A stretch of DNA of 64,000 bases from Balanoglossus misakiensis (lineage: Eukaryota; Animalia; Hemichordata), in the NCBI GenBank assembly GCA_040954595.2, contig CM082587.2, forward strand, positions 6,933,705 to 6,997,704, read 5' to 3'. The notes beneath the pieces are model-generated. The model did no database searches. It was not told the origin of the DNA and worked only from the letters and a program-made list of their open reading frames with translations. Shown one piece after another: positions 13,611 through 35,568 of this stretch. Position numbers and translations under genes: made by a program. Every line of letters begins with the position of its first letter. The stretch's first letter is position 1.

Positions 13611-15050
13611 AATACAAGAATTCAAATAAACACAGATTTCAAGTTTGAAGACCACAAACAAAAGATATACAATACTTTCTGTGGACTTGACATACAACAA
13701 AAATCTTATTTTGATATACTCGAATGAAATACAACAAAGCAATACATGTTGACAAGTAACAGATAATTTTCTTAAATCAATTAACATTGTACATCGAGAG
13801 TTTAATTCGGTCAAACAAAGTTTGAAATACAGTAAAATTCTGACTTTCAAAAACGTGAAGGATGCAAAATGGCGGACAATTTATGCGCGAAATGAACTGA
13901 CATTAGATAACTGCCATCATACGATTCCAACAAATGTCCAAACACTGGATTTCACTCTCAATGAAGGGTTAATTATCATAGACTGGGAAATAGGCGATCA
14001 ACAACTTTAAAATTGAATTACAATCAACAAGTGAAAATTGAGATAAATCAACAAACAATAAAAATACAAAAGGTACAATCACAAAAAACATAGATAACAA
14101 TTTTTGTAAGATTACATTGGAGTTATTGAAAAATCAGATTACAAATCTCATAAAAATCTGGAAAGAGTACGTACACAACTTATTTTACTAAAATAACAGA
14201 CACTGGCTAACAGAGACCTATACACTCGCGAGGATGACGGGTGCCAAACAAATCACTGCCTGGTTACACCTGGATAATTTTAATAAAGTTTTATTCGATA
14301 TGGGAAAAAGACAAGATTACAAATCTCAAAAACAGGCTAACAGACATACGCACGCCCTAAGATGATCGGTACGGAAATAAACCACACCCAGTTTTATCAG
14401 TACGTGTATGTTTTTAATAATTTTTTTATTGAAAAATGACGAAAGATTACATATCTCAAAACTATTGCATTAACTATATACGCACGCGCGAAGATGATCG
14501 GTACGGAAATAAACCACTCCCAGTATTATGAGTGAGTGTGTGTTTTTAATATTTTTTATTGAATAATGACGAAAGATAACATATCTAAAAAAAACTTGTA
14601 TTAAGTATTAACTGACGGTCTGAGGGATGAGACCCACCCGCCCCGGGGATTTTATTTATGTCTACATCAGCGACGCGACGGGAAGATGATCGGTACGGAA
14701 ATAAACTACTCCCAGTATTATGAGTGCGTGTATGTTTTTTTTTTTATTGAATAATGACGAAAGATTACATATCTTAAAAAACTTGTATTAAGTATTAACT
14801 GACGGTCTGAGGTATGGGACCCACCCGCCCCGGGGATTTTATTTATGTCTATATAACTTACTTGTTATGAAACTTCATACCATCCACTGGTCTTCATTCA
14901 GCCATGGAACATACAAACGCTCACCTCATTGTAGGCTAGTTGCATGGCCCAAATATACCGTACAACTTACCGTGACACACACATGCACACACACTCACAA
15001 CAACGAGCCCCTTCCGAAGCATTCAAAGCCGATGAACTTGTTGGTGCCGT
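13262..15050. repeat. Two diverged copies (~13262-13415 and ~14866-15035) of a ~160-bp element with a conserved hairpin and CA-rich tract
   Basis: Shared CATCCAC(G/T)GGTCTTCA..GCCATG.AACATACAA...T(T/C)ACCTCAT...GTTGCATGGCC...ACACACTCACA...CATTCAAAG. Confidence 0.8.
14130..14852. repeat. Degenerate tandem repeat, ~4-5 units of 130-190 bp
   Basis: AAGATGATCGGTACGGAAATAAAC at ~14359, ~14491 and ~14683; GATTAC(A)NATCT motif recurs; ACTGACGGTCTGAGG...CCCACCCGCCCCGGGGATTTTATTTATGTCTA occurs twice (~14611, ~14798). Confidence 0.85.
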
Positions 15051-15224
15051 AACAAAAATGACCCATGCACCGAGCATGCAGTCATATTGGATCAATATAT
15101 ATTTACATACTTCAGGTTTGTACAAATCTGTTCGCTGAGCTGGCAACCGGCACCAGTCAGAATCAAGTAACTTCGTTCAAAATGGCCACAATGAAAAAAA
15201 TACTTGGTTAATACCAGGGCTTAC

Positions 15225-15690
15225 TTGTCCATCTGGCTTGACACATCATGGCATCCACTGGTCCTCACTGGCGGCCTCGGCTTGGTTGCTGGACATTATC
15301 AGTTCATCCGGTCTTCGCATCTGCAAAAATAAGTAGAAGTACATTTAAATGAATGTCTATTATATCAATGAACATGACAAAGAACTACAATACCGACTTG
15401 TCTAATAAACCGTGCATCTCAGGTCGGGTAACGCAAAAGGAAGGAATTTGTAAATTCAAACGCAGTGAAACACTGACTCGAACTGTTTGACTGTGACGCG
15501 TGTTCTTTTTTCAGTGCTCGTCGGACGTGTGATTTAGTTGTCCGGAACTTGCTAAAATATAACGTATAGGTTTGGTCAATAACTGAGTAATTGTGTCTAC
15601 TTCTGTTACTTTACTTACCGTGGACTTTACAGCAAAAAACAGCGCAGAAACCCTGTCGTTGGGTTGTCTGCGCTCCGCATCAAAATGAAG
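15225..15690 (-). ncRNA. Candidate spliced non-coding transcript (exon A ~15690-15619, exon B 15320-15225)
   Basis: Minus strand: Inr/pyrimidine-like start CTTCATTTT, donor ACG|GTAAGT, acceptor TTTTTGCAG|, donor CAA|GTAAGC. Only ORFs of 24 aa or less. E-box CACGTG and a GC box lie just upstream. No expression evidence. Confidence 0.35.
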
Positions 15691-16967
15691 CCCACGTGGC
15701 CTGATACTACACTACAAATAACTCTCAGTTTTCTGCAGTCCACCGCCCCATTTACACATTTGCATTCTATTAACATATCTATTGTTCAATTTTCACACCC
15801 AACTCTTCTTTTGTTTTCCGGGGCACCTGGTCCTGCAAATATTTTCTAATTTGAATACCCAATGATTCTCTGTTTCTCTGACGGTTCATTCCACGAGTAC
15901 ATCTGAAGAAGGGGACTACATGTTCCCGAAAGCTCATGCTGTAATTTCAACTGTTGATCAAAGAGTGCTTCATAACTTTCATTCATATTGTACAACACGG
16001 CAATACTCCGAATTGTCAACATGTCCAAGTAGTCCAGGTGACTCGAACCAATCAGCAACGATATTATTTTAAATATCAGACGATTCCACATCCGAAACAG
16101 CATTGGGAGGTCCAGATTGGAATGCACAGCGCCACCAGTGGCAGAAATGGGAACACGCATTTCAGAGACCTGTACTATGCACTATTTATGACCGCGTTTG
16201 AAACGCACTGTACGACTGATCTTTGCAGGAAGTAAAGATGAGAGAGTCTGAGAATAAGTGATGAAGCCACAGAGGGTGTTGTCAAATTGTCATAACATAT
16301 CTGTCATTTTTCTCAACGTTTTTATAAAGCTTTACAAACAAGGTTTTCACCCTTGCCCAATGGAAGTGTGATAAAAAAACACCTTAAAAATCCTGTGATG
16401 TGAACTACCGCTACTAAAAACTTTATTCTCCGTTTGGGGGTACGCGCCCCAAAATTACCAAAACCACACAATGCAAGATTGTTTTCAAGTTTGAAACATA
16501 TTTTATTTTTCATTAAAAACATCACTATCAGATTTGCAGTCTTTGGGCAATCTAGTACCACTAAAGTCTTGCCATCCAAGGACATCATGCAAACATCGTC
16601 CTGTGTCAATATCTGAAAAAAACTACTTGTATACGCACTAATAACTATGCAAATGAGATGCATCTTTATACAATCATGCAAATCAAAAAAGATGTCGATG
16701 CCAGCCATCACATTAAACTGCTCATAATTTAATTGAAACAAAAGAAACATCTACTACTGCGCTCCAAAGTAAATATCTCTTGAGAAAAATATGCAGAAAT
16801 AAATTCATATTTTGTCTATGCTACCTAACATCATTTATCCTTGCTACTTTCATGAAGAAACCAAATTTGTAAATTAAAAAATTCTGGGGAGTCGATTTTT
16901 CACGTGATATTCGTGATTGATACATTGCCAGCACAGAGTGGATGGGAACCATGCTGGCTGGTGTCAT

Positions 16968-19445
16968 TCATTTCTTCTTCTTGGGTCCGGCCGCCAAAGG
17001 TAGGCCTTTCTCCTTCCCGCGCAGCTTTATACCTGTAGAGAAAAAAACCACATCAAGTTTCAAAATCAGTATGGGTTACTTTTATAGAAAGGATCTTCAT
17101 ACCAGCAAATGTTGTTGTTTTCTTTTTTGAGTGTCATCTGACAAAACTACTGGTCTCTGCAAAATTTGATTGTCTTATGTGAATTGTGCCAAACCAGGGA
17201 CTCTAGTTACAAAACATTGTATACAGTCAATGCCAAAAGGCAGTGAGTGTTGTGTCCTAATGACAGCTGTATTGCAGTAGCTGATCATATTAGCCAGGAG
17301 GGCATGCAGAATTTAGTATAAATTTGTAGTTTTCATGGTTTGGTGGGACCGGTGTCAGGCAAAAATACGTGTATGTGCGCATTTGAGTGTGTGGATACAC
17401 AGCATAGTTTGTGGATATACTGTTAAACACTTTATTTTCGCGAGTTGAAATTTTCGCGATATCGTGAGAGGCCACTGTTTCGCGAGTATTAATTTTCGCA
17501 TTCTCTTGTTTCATTCACTGCATTGTTATCTTCAAAAAAAATTACGCGACTTTTTATTTTCACACTATTTTGGCTCTCGCGTATTTTGCGAAAATTTATT
17601 GCTTGCGAAAATAAAGTGTTTTACAGTATCCTGCAGCGACATACCTAAAGCCCGTTCTACTTTGCCCAGGACCTGGTTGTTTGGTATGGCTCTCCCACTC
17701 TCGTAATCTTGGATCACCTGGGGTTTTTCGTTGATTTTCTGTTGAATTAAAACGAATAACAGTGAGGCCTGCATTAAACTGGACTATACATAACAGCACA
17801 CCCACGGTGTGAGACACTCTGCTGGAAATACCACTGAATTGAGATTTTACTGAGCATCAACATCTAAATCAAAGGCTCAAACACACCTCTCTCCTTTCAC
17901 TATCATGGTTTTGATACATGCACCTGAGCCACTGAAATCCCAACATTACAATACTTTTCTTTAGGGGATGCGGGACGGGGTAATTAAAACATGCAAATAC
18001 AGTGAATGTACATTGATCTGTTTCACAGTATAGTACAAAACAGAAATCATCACAGCCTGCAGTTTCTAGTGGAATGCCATGCTTTATTTGTTTTTTAAAT
18101 TGCATAAGCAGTGAATCAATGGCATGCTCTTTGGTTATCAGAACACACTGCACTCCCTTAGGTCAAAAATTATACCATGAAATGCTTGATACCAACTGAA
18201 ATTAATGTTACTCAGTGTACAGTCCACATGGACAATTTTGGGAGAACTTACGGTGGCTAGTTCCTTCTGGGTCATTTCCTTGTCCTGACGACCTTTCTGG
18301 ATCAAACGTCCAACATCCAAACTGACCCGCTCATCTGAAAAATAACGACGACAAAATACGAGCTGTAAAGACGTCAACTCTACAAGCACAGCAGAATTAA
18401 TGATCTGTGAGTGGTTAGCTCTCCACTTGACTTGGATGGTACAGTAACTGTATTGAAATTTGCATCGACATTTCAGTCAACTGTGTACCTTTAACTCCCC
18501 CCCCCCCCCTTCATTCCGAAATTCAACATCTTACACAGAATATTAATCTTAACCCTGCCTACTTACGATGAAGTTCTTCGGTCTCGCGGTCAAGTTTCGC
18601 TGTATCCTTGGCTGATGAGTGTTGCTTGTTGGATGCTGCACTGACTGAAAAGTGACAAGACCAACAATGACAATCACTTGTAGGAAACTACTGTATAATC
18701 CTTCAACTTGTGATTACGCATTGGACAGTCCAACATGTTGCAAGTTACATGTATGAGCCAAGGAACAATTCTCCTATTTTCAACTGCATATACAATGTAC
18801 AGCACTGCTTCATAACCATAGCCAGCTACCGACTCTTTCGATAGTTCTGACATTTACATATATGCAATTTATTGGCTATAACTAAGCTGAATGGCATTAA
18901 AGTCTGATAGTTACATTTCTTAGTTGTGTCTATATCCTCTCCCCTTCTCTGGGCTGCATTGATGGCCTGAAAAATAATACACAAAGAATTAGTTGCAGAA
19001 TAGTGCACATTTTACACCACATGATTGATATGCATGTGTAATGCAGTTTGGAGTGTCCACATTTGTTAGACATGTAGAAACATTCATGCAATAACAAAGC
19101 GGTTGGCAGAGCTCAGTAAGGAAGAGCAACGGTTTGGTGCCCGGTCCTAATAGAAAGTCGAATGAAAACCTTCATCATTTTCATCTGCACGTGGGGAGAA
19201 CAAAGATTCCTATTCCTATACTCCCTACTGTACATGCATGTGATATCTGTGCGAGAGGAAAGGAGTACATTGTAAATATAATCTCTGCCAACGTGGTCTC
19301 AAACCTTTGTCGCGTCGTGAAGTAAACACGCCAAGGTAACAAGACATGACGATATTGCACGCCTTACCTGTTTCGACTTGGCCTGGCTGGCAGTGGGCGC
19401 TTTTTTCCTCAAATATGTCACGGTATCCCAATCAGCTTCGGCCAT
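16968..19445 (-). CDS. EDF1: Endothelial differentiation-related factor 1 / multiprotein bridging factor 1 (149 aa, 6 coding exons)
   Basis: Exons 19445-19368, 18966-18915, 18644-18567, 18334-18252, 17738-17645, 17032-16968 (450 nt, all GT-AG). Protein [44 protein letters not shown]...[76 protein letters not shown] closely matches the known MBF1/EDF1 sequence. Confidence 0.97.
17418..17628. mobile_element. MITE with 24-bp TIRs and TA ends, in EDF1 intron 5
   Basis: TACTGTTAAACACTTTATTTTCGC ... GCGAAAATAAAGTGTTTTACAGTA (1 mismatch); internal TTTTCGCG repeats; a degenerate relative lies at ~24660-24845. Confidence 0.85.
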
Positions 19446-19604
19446 TTTTGATCTGAAAACTTTTTAAGAGTGCTGTGTCAGAGTATGTTCATTAAAACCA
19501 CCAACAGTTCAAGTATTGCGCGTGTCCGTGCAATCGCTAATGTACAATCTGCCCTGATGTGTGGTCAATATGGCGAACGCAAATGTGATGAAATATGGGT
19601 AAAT

Positions 19605-19836
19605 GAAGTTGGCTTTGGTATCAAATTTTGTTTCGGATTCGGGTGGAAATCCACGTGGTCTTGTTTGCAACCGTGACCGTTACACAAATGTTAACACCTT
19701 TGTACTGTGCGATGAATTATATGGCTTTCACGCTACATTTTGTGAAGAAATTAACGTGATTAAAAATTCTGATGAAATGCGCAACTTCAAAGTCGACGCG
19801 AAATCATAAACCGAATCCGAAACAGAAGCGAACTTC
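19605..19836. repeat. Inverted-repeat-bounded segment upstream of EDF1 (possible old MITE)
   Basis: GTTTCGGATTCGG (19630-19642) and CCGAATCCGAAAC (19811-19823), with outer GAAGTT/AACTTC. Confidence 0.5.
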
Positions 19837-19947
19837 AGCTTGGGCTGTGATGACCCTGCTTTCGGGTCATGTCAACGAACAGAGGTCACCTGGTGTATCT
19901 CACGTGCACAGGGGGCATACGTGGGAATAATAATAATATCTCTCACA

Positions 19948-20185
19948 CAAATTCGTGTGGCCCATAATAACTGCTTCAGAAGGCTTCTTAATCTTTCCAG
20001 GCAATGTAGTATTATAGTGCCATGTTTGTCATTCACAGGGTTATTGCATAAAAGTGTTTTTAATTTCTGAGAATATACTAATTATTGTACATGTACTTGT
20101 AAGCTTTGTGTTTATCTGTGTCATGTATTTATATATGTATATTTTATGGGCCTGGAGCCTGATTCAAATAAAGAAAGAAAGAAAG
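19948..20185 (+). mobile_element. 5'-truncated, degenerate 3' end of a non-LTR retrotransposon (LINE)
   Basis: Translates QIRVAHNNCFRRLLNLSRQCS, resembling the C-terminus of LINE ORF2 proteins; ends in AATAAA plus a (GAAA)n tail. Confidence 0.65.
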
Positions 20186-21115
20186 ATATAATGCATGATG
20201 AGAAGTGTGCTAGTAGTACAGCCTCACACACAGGAAATGAGTTAAAACCTTTATTCTCCGTATTGTGAAAAATTATCAACATTGCACAATTCAATGTACA
20301 CATTTGACAAAAAGTGGTTTCGTTTTCTTCTGAAATAAGCTTAGTGAAAGTGAACATATTTACAGTAAAATATAACTTGTGAAAAAGATTTGAAATAACT
20401 TGAAACGTCTGTCTCCAAATCTCTACTTCTCCAAATCCGTAATAATTGGATATAGTACAACTAACCCTTTGCCCTTTGAGTATTTATCTGGCTAATAATG
20501 TCCCACCCTAAACTTCCATAATTTCACAGAAATTCCATAAAATTACACTATTCTTTCATATGTCATCTCATGTGACATCGTTTCTGTCAAAAATCACCCA
20601 TCCCATCCCAGCCCAGCCCTATTCCTTCAAAAAATGAACATATATTCCAACTTCAAATTTGTATTTTATAGTCAGCTGTGTTTAGACATTCTTCTATAAA
20701 CACATTTACACTTAAAATTAAACGGACAATTTCACATTTTGTCTTTCAATAAAAAGTTTTATGAATGATTGCTTTCGTAACATTAGCCACGAAAAAAATA
20801 TCTGGTGCTGGTCACGGCTGATGCCAGCCTGCCCTCTTTCATATGAAAACTTCTTTCAAGTGGACATGAATTGCAAATACATTGTACAGTTCATTTGCAG
20901 GGGGGTGGGTTGATATAGCCTAAGCTTATACGATACAATCCAGCCAACGTTTAAGCAAAATATTAATGCGCATTCCTGAAGTTATCCCTTTTCTGTAATA
21001 TCTGAATTGATCATTTTCCGAACTCAGCAAGATCCTGCGGTAGTTTATAAGGAGGCCATTATTCTCATGCAACACAGGACAAAAAACACATGGCCTATCA
21101 ATTTTTACAGCTTCT

Positions 21116-21248
21116 GTTAACTCCTAGCTGCAATGATTGTAGCGGGTGCTGCCAGGTTGACTGGTCTGGTGTTCGCAGCGCTTAGGGTGGGGCTGCGAAC
21201 ACCAGTCAACCAAGTAGCACCCGCTGCAATCATTTGCAGCTAGTTAAC
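21116..21248. repeat. ~130-bp near-perfect palindrome (foldback/MITE-like)
   Basis: CTAGCTGCAATGATTGTAGCGGGTGCT..GGTTGACTGG..TGTTCGCAGC [12-nt loop] GCTGCGAACACCAGTCAACC..AGCACCCGCTGCAATCATTTGCAGCTAG. Confidence 0.9.
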
Positions 21249-23379
21249 CCCTTGACTTCTGTTACCTATGTATTACATTATATATTCCAGAGAAATCGTA
21301 GATTCCAGTTAGTTTATTTACGGCACTCAAGTTGGTGTAATTAACCAAGTCTCGCGAGATCTCGCCACGAGTGGAAATCATCAATCGCAGACCACACTTC
21401 ACAGAACACCCCAGAGATCATAAACTTAAAGGCTATACCAAACCTTCGTATACACTCTTTGGTATGATGATTTGCATCGACTACATCTCCTGAGCTACAA
21501 AACATTCATTTCCAAGCTCATCACGGGGGAAACTAGTACCCGCTCAACAAAAATATGAGATGCGTTTCCATGGAAACAGAAACCCTTGAGGGAAGCCTCT
21601 GAGAACTGTCTGTAAGATCATCATCATCTTCTGTTAACGGTTCTTTGGATTATGAAAACTAAAACTAAAATTTAAACAAAGCATTTAATTTTGAAACAAT
21701 GGGACCAGAGTTTAATTACATAAATATTGCTGTACAGTTTGCTCCTGTAGTTGGAAGAATGTGTTTTTTACTTAATTGTTAAAGTAAAACTTTGTTTTTG
21801 TTTTCTGAATAAATGCAATAGGATTTAAAGAAACTTACAGACAGCACACAAAGAATTGAAGACCCCTAACGTAACATTGACCCCCCAAAAGAGTACAAGA
21901 CACATGATATATTTACAAATCTTCTCAGTACGATACCCTGAGTGCATACAATACGCTTCATGGCAAATTCTAGGAAGATGTGCGGGTGCATCATGTAATA
22001 AATTTATTGTGACCCTCCCTCCCCAAATATTAGCTTAACCATTCCTCATACAAGTAGTTTTCTTGGACTTTTTGACAGTTTTGCCGTCGCTAAGATTTCA
22101 GTCCTTATTATGCTGCAACAACACAGCACTTGTGGGATTACATTTCAAATATGAAATGCAAATTGACTAGTTCCCTGAAAAAAACGGCTATTTTATAAAT
22201 TCTAACATTTATCATCTACTATATTTAAGTTTTCCTGGAAATATGTCTTATTTCTATGTGTATGATTTGAATTTAAATTTATCATAGTTTAAATTAGTAA
22301 TGTTGCAATCGTCAATTTTGCTGGCAGTTTTGTTTTACCGTGAGTTTATGTTATCAAGTATTACTAGAGTTGACATATGACTTGGCACCAGACATTTTAA
22401 GATTTCCAAACATTGCATTTTGAACAAGATAGTTTAACTATAGGGCTTGGCAACAACTAGACATTTTCCAGATTTCTGGAAATTGTATTTTGAACCGATG
22501 TATACAAACACTTAAAAGTGAAGGGGTTGTCGCGCCGTGTTTGTTTGTTGATAAACATTAGAATTCATCCCCCAAATCCCCGAATGACAGAAAAGGACAA
22601 AGCAAAGACGAAGATATTTAAGCTTGGCACGAAATTTTTCAGAATAGCCTTACATGCCGAGGAAAGGATGTGAAACTACTATAAGGAGCAGAATTTCCTT
22701 TTGTAAATATAAACAACTGACGGAAAATTTCAGAGTAAATACCCACCAACTCGCTTTCAAAGAAACAAAACTATGCCAACTGTGAAAACTTCTTTTCTTC
22801 CTAACGTCTTTCAACAAATCATATTGTTTGTTCTATTACATTAACTTTAAACAACATTTTAGTCTGGGAAAAGTCAAGAAATTTTGATCAGTATCCACAA
22901 AAGTGAAATCAGAAATTTATTGTTGGCCTTTATAAAAGATAAAATAAACTGTAATAATACCCATGCTTCAAATGACAGATGCAAGTTAGGCTATCTGCAT
23001 TATCAGCAAATATCTTACCAGTATGTATGCATGTTGCAGGGCCCATTCCATTACTTAATTTTGATAACTGCATGGGGATTGTCATAAAATTTCCTACAAA
23101 AACACAGTAATGTATTATTTCAAGACATGAAAGGTAAAATGTAATAATCTGATAAATTTAGGCAAGCAAATGATGCTAGTTACTGCTTACATTTTACCCA
23201 AATGCATAAATTAACATACAATACCCAGGGCGATGACCTACATTAAAATTATATAAAGTAATGTTGACAGCATGCAAAGATAATACTTGAAAATCCATCA
23301 TTTTTTGCATCTGCATTGTCAAACTGATTCATGAGCTGTCAAGTGGGATATATCTTTGTAAAGTGCAATACAATTGGGT

Positions 23380-23380
<1 letters not shown>

Positions 23381-23412
<32 letters not shown>
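23381..23412. repeat. (TCAA)n microsatellite
   Basis: About 8 tandem TCAA units. Confidence 0.9.
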
Positions 23413-23413
<1 letters not shown>

Positions 23414-24025
23414 TAAATTTACATGGCGAGGATTCTGAAGATAACTTACACTGTTTGCAGCATATTTCCTCCAATGAAAATAAGCACAGTATTTACATGT
23501 AAGCTGCTGACAAACATCTGACTTTGTTTTTGTTGTTGTTGTTTTTTGCATAGACAATTGAATTATCAATCAATGCCCACTGGAAATTCACATACCAGTG
23601 TGAAATTTTCAGTTTTTCTTTTCTTTTCAAAATGGTCCACTTTTATAGCAAGAAAACTGACAATGCGATAGAATTCTGGAAGAGTTGGCATGCTGTTTGA
23701 GTTTAGAGAAAACCTCACACAGTAGGTTGTGTGTAAATTACAGAACTATGTTACAAAAATGCATCAAGTATTTCCTGTGAAAGTCTGAAAATACTCGTGC
23801 CTTATTTATGATTCTCCCCACAGTTTCCATCTATGTAATACCTCCCGCACGGATAGTTGGTAAATATCAGATGAAATGGCGACCGCTCCACTTGGCGTCA
23901 TAGTCTTCGACAGACCAGACATCGCTGAAGAAGTAGACTCTGCCATGCTTTTGTCAGCATTGAAACTGAATTTTCACTAGATTAAAAACAAAAGTTCCTT
24001 TGCAGACAGATATATCACCGCCCGT

Positions 24026-33937
<9,912 letters not shown>

Positions 33938-34095
33938 CTTTACTACTCCTACTATCTATCAGCCGACAATCACAACAGGTTTAGTTATAGAAGCCTCTGA
34001 AATGTATATCCTTAATATTGATAATGAAGTCCAGCCGTGGCAGTCACTCGAACAATCAGTTGCCGGTTATTCCTCACTTTTCAATGTGTTCAGAG

Positions 34096-34170
34096 TGCGC
34101 ATGCGTTGATATTGCATCACGGCAATTTAGGGTCAAAGGGCAGTTTTTGTTCGGGGAGAGATTTGATTGG
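34096..34170 (-). promoter_or_regulatory. Putative SCaMC proximal promoter: NRF1-like site, DR1-like site, CCAAT
   Basis: TGCGCATGCG (34096-34105), GGGTCAAAGGGCA (~34130-34142) and ATTGG (~34166-34170), 160-230 bp upstream of the ATG. Confidence 0.45.
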
Positions 34171-35001
34171 ATTAATCTTTGACCACTCGAACGTCATACA
34201 GGATTTAGGCTTTTATATCAAACACTAGGAAATTAATCCTTTGCACCTGTTATCAAATTTACTATTTTCAATTACAAAGCTGTATTTTCAGCCCGCATGC
34301 AGAAACAAACAATCAAATAATCGCAGATAACCACTAAAAATCCAGTCGTTTTTGCGCATGTAAACTTTCCGTGAGATGTACCATAGGACTCTGGTATACT
34401 ACATACCGAACAAATGAAATAAACGCTTCGGCTAGTCTCTCTTGACTGAAGTGTGAAAGTCGGGTAATGAAGTCCCAAGTCTAGTCGCATTCGAATTCAT
34501 GATTGTGCACTTCAGGGCTTGATCATTATGTCAGGATCTATGGTACCGTTCAAGTAAGAGCGCCACCAGTGTCGACGAATCTTGCTGCGCGCGAGACTTG
34601 TTGCATTTTGCAGGGAATTCCAATTTTGACGGTGCTTTTTACCCACATTGATTAAAGAAAAAGCGGCAGCGAGAGAGAGGCTCTGTCCCTTTAATAGTGT
34701 AAAGGAAGCTGTCGTAATATATTGAGGTGTGTGCGCGCTGATGTATAATTAAAAAGTCCCCCATTTCACGAGTGCAAGTTCTTCACAGCGCCGTGTGAGA
34801 TAAATTTTATGCTGGTACAAGTGTCAAGTAAAATAGAGTCGGCAATGATTACGAAATAAAATTCAAGCTGTGTACTGACATGTGTTCTGACAATTTCAAT
34901 CAGTGGAGAACTAAATATATCCAAAGAATACCACGAGAAATCATTGCTGGCTGGTGCTGCGACATCTCTATACGTACAGAGATTGTAGCGCTTGGATAAT
35001 T

Positions 35002-35072
35002 CTAACCTAGCTAGGGGGTCTTGCTGGCAGCCACTGCGCTTTTGGAGCGGCCAGTCCCCCTAGCTAGGTTAG
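35002..35072. repeat. Short foldback with perfect 17-bp arms
   Basis: CTAACCTAGCTAGGGGG ... CCCCCTAGCTAGGTTAG. Confidence 0.85.
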
Positions 35073-35568
35073 CTATAACCTTTGTATGGAGAATGGTGCT
35101 GCGGATAACAGTAGAACACATTTATCATAGTCTCGTGTATGTAAAAATTGTCAAAGAGGTTGTGTACAATCATTGCTCTCATTAGCATTCACATGTTGCG
35201 GAGAGTTTTAATTTACTCGCAGAATAAAGCAGACGACAAAAAATGGACAAAACTGTGGGGGAAAGCGACATAACCATTGGCGTCCACCATCTTACCCACT
35301 GGTTTATAAAGCTTACATATCACAGGCACTGATTCAAAATAATAAGCGGATAACCATTAATGTATATCCTTTTGATAGAGTGTAAGTTTCATATTTAGAC
35401 CAATGCCACGACAATCTGGCACAAGCCAGTCGCTTTGACTACACAAATGTCGGTTGCCCATTTAGCATGTCGCTCATTTTATTGACAGTGTCGATAAACC
35501 CTTCGAATCTGAAGCCAAATCAAAACTTAAATAATGATCAAAATAATCAATAAAATCAAACCAAATGA

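Noticed and set aside
15245-15300. HDV-like ribozyme (TCCTCACTGGC resembles L3)
   Set aside because: P1, P2 and P3 pairings cannot be formed
15321-15618. Intronic C/D snoRNA (CTGA preceded by GCGTTACCCGAC on the minus strand)
   Set aside because: No box C or terminal stem at an appropriate distance
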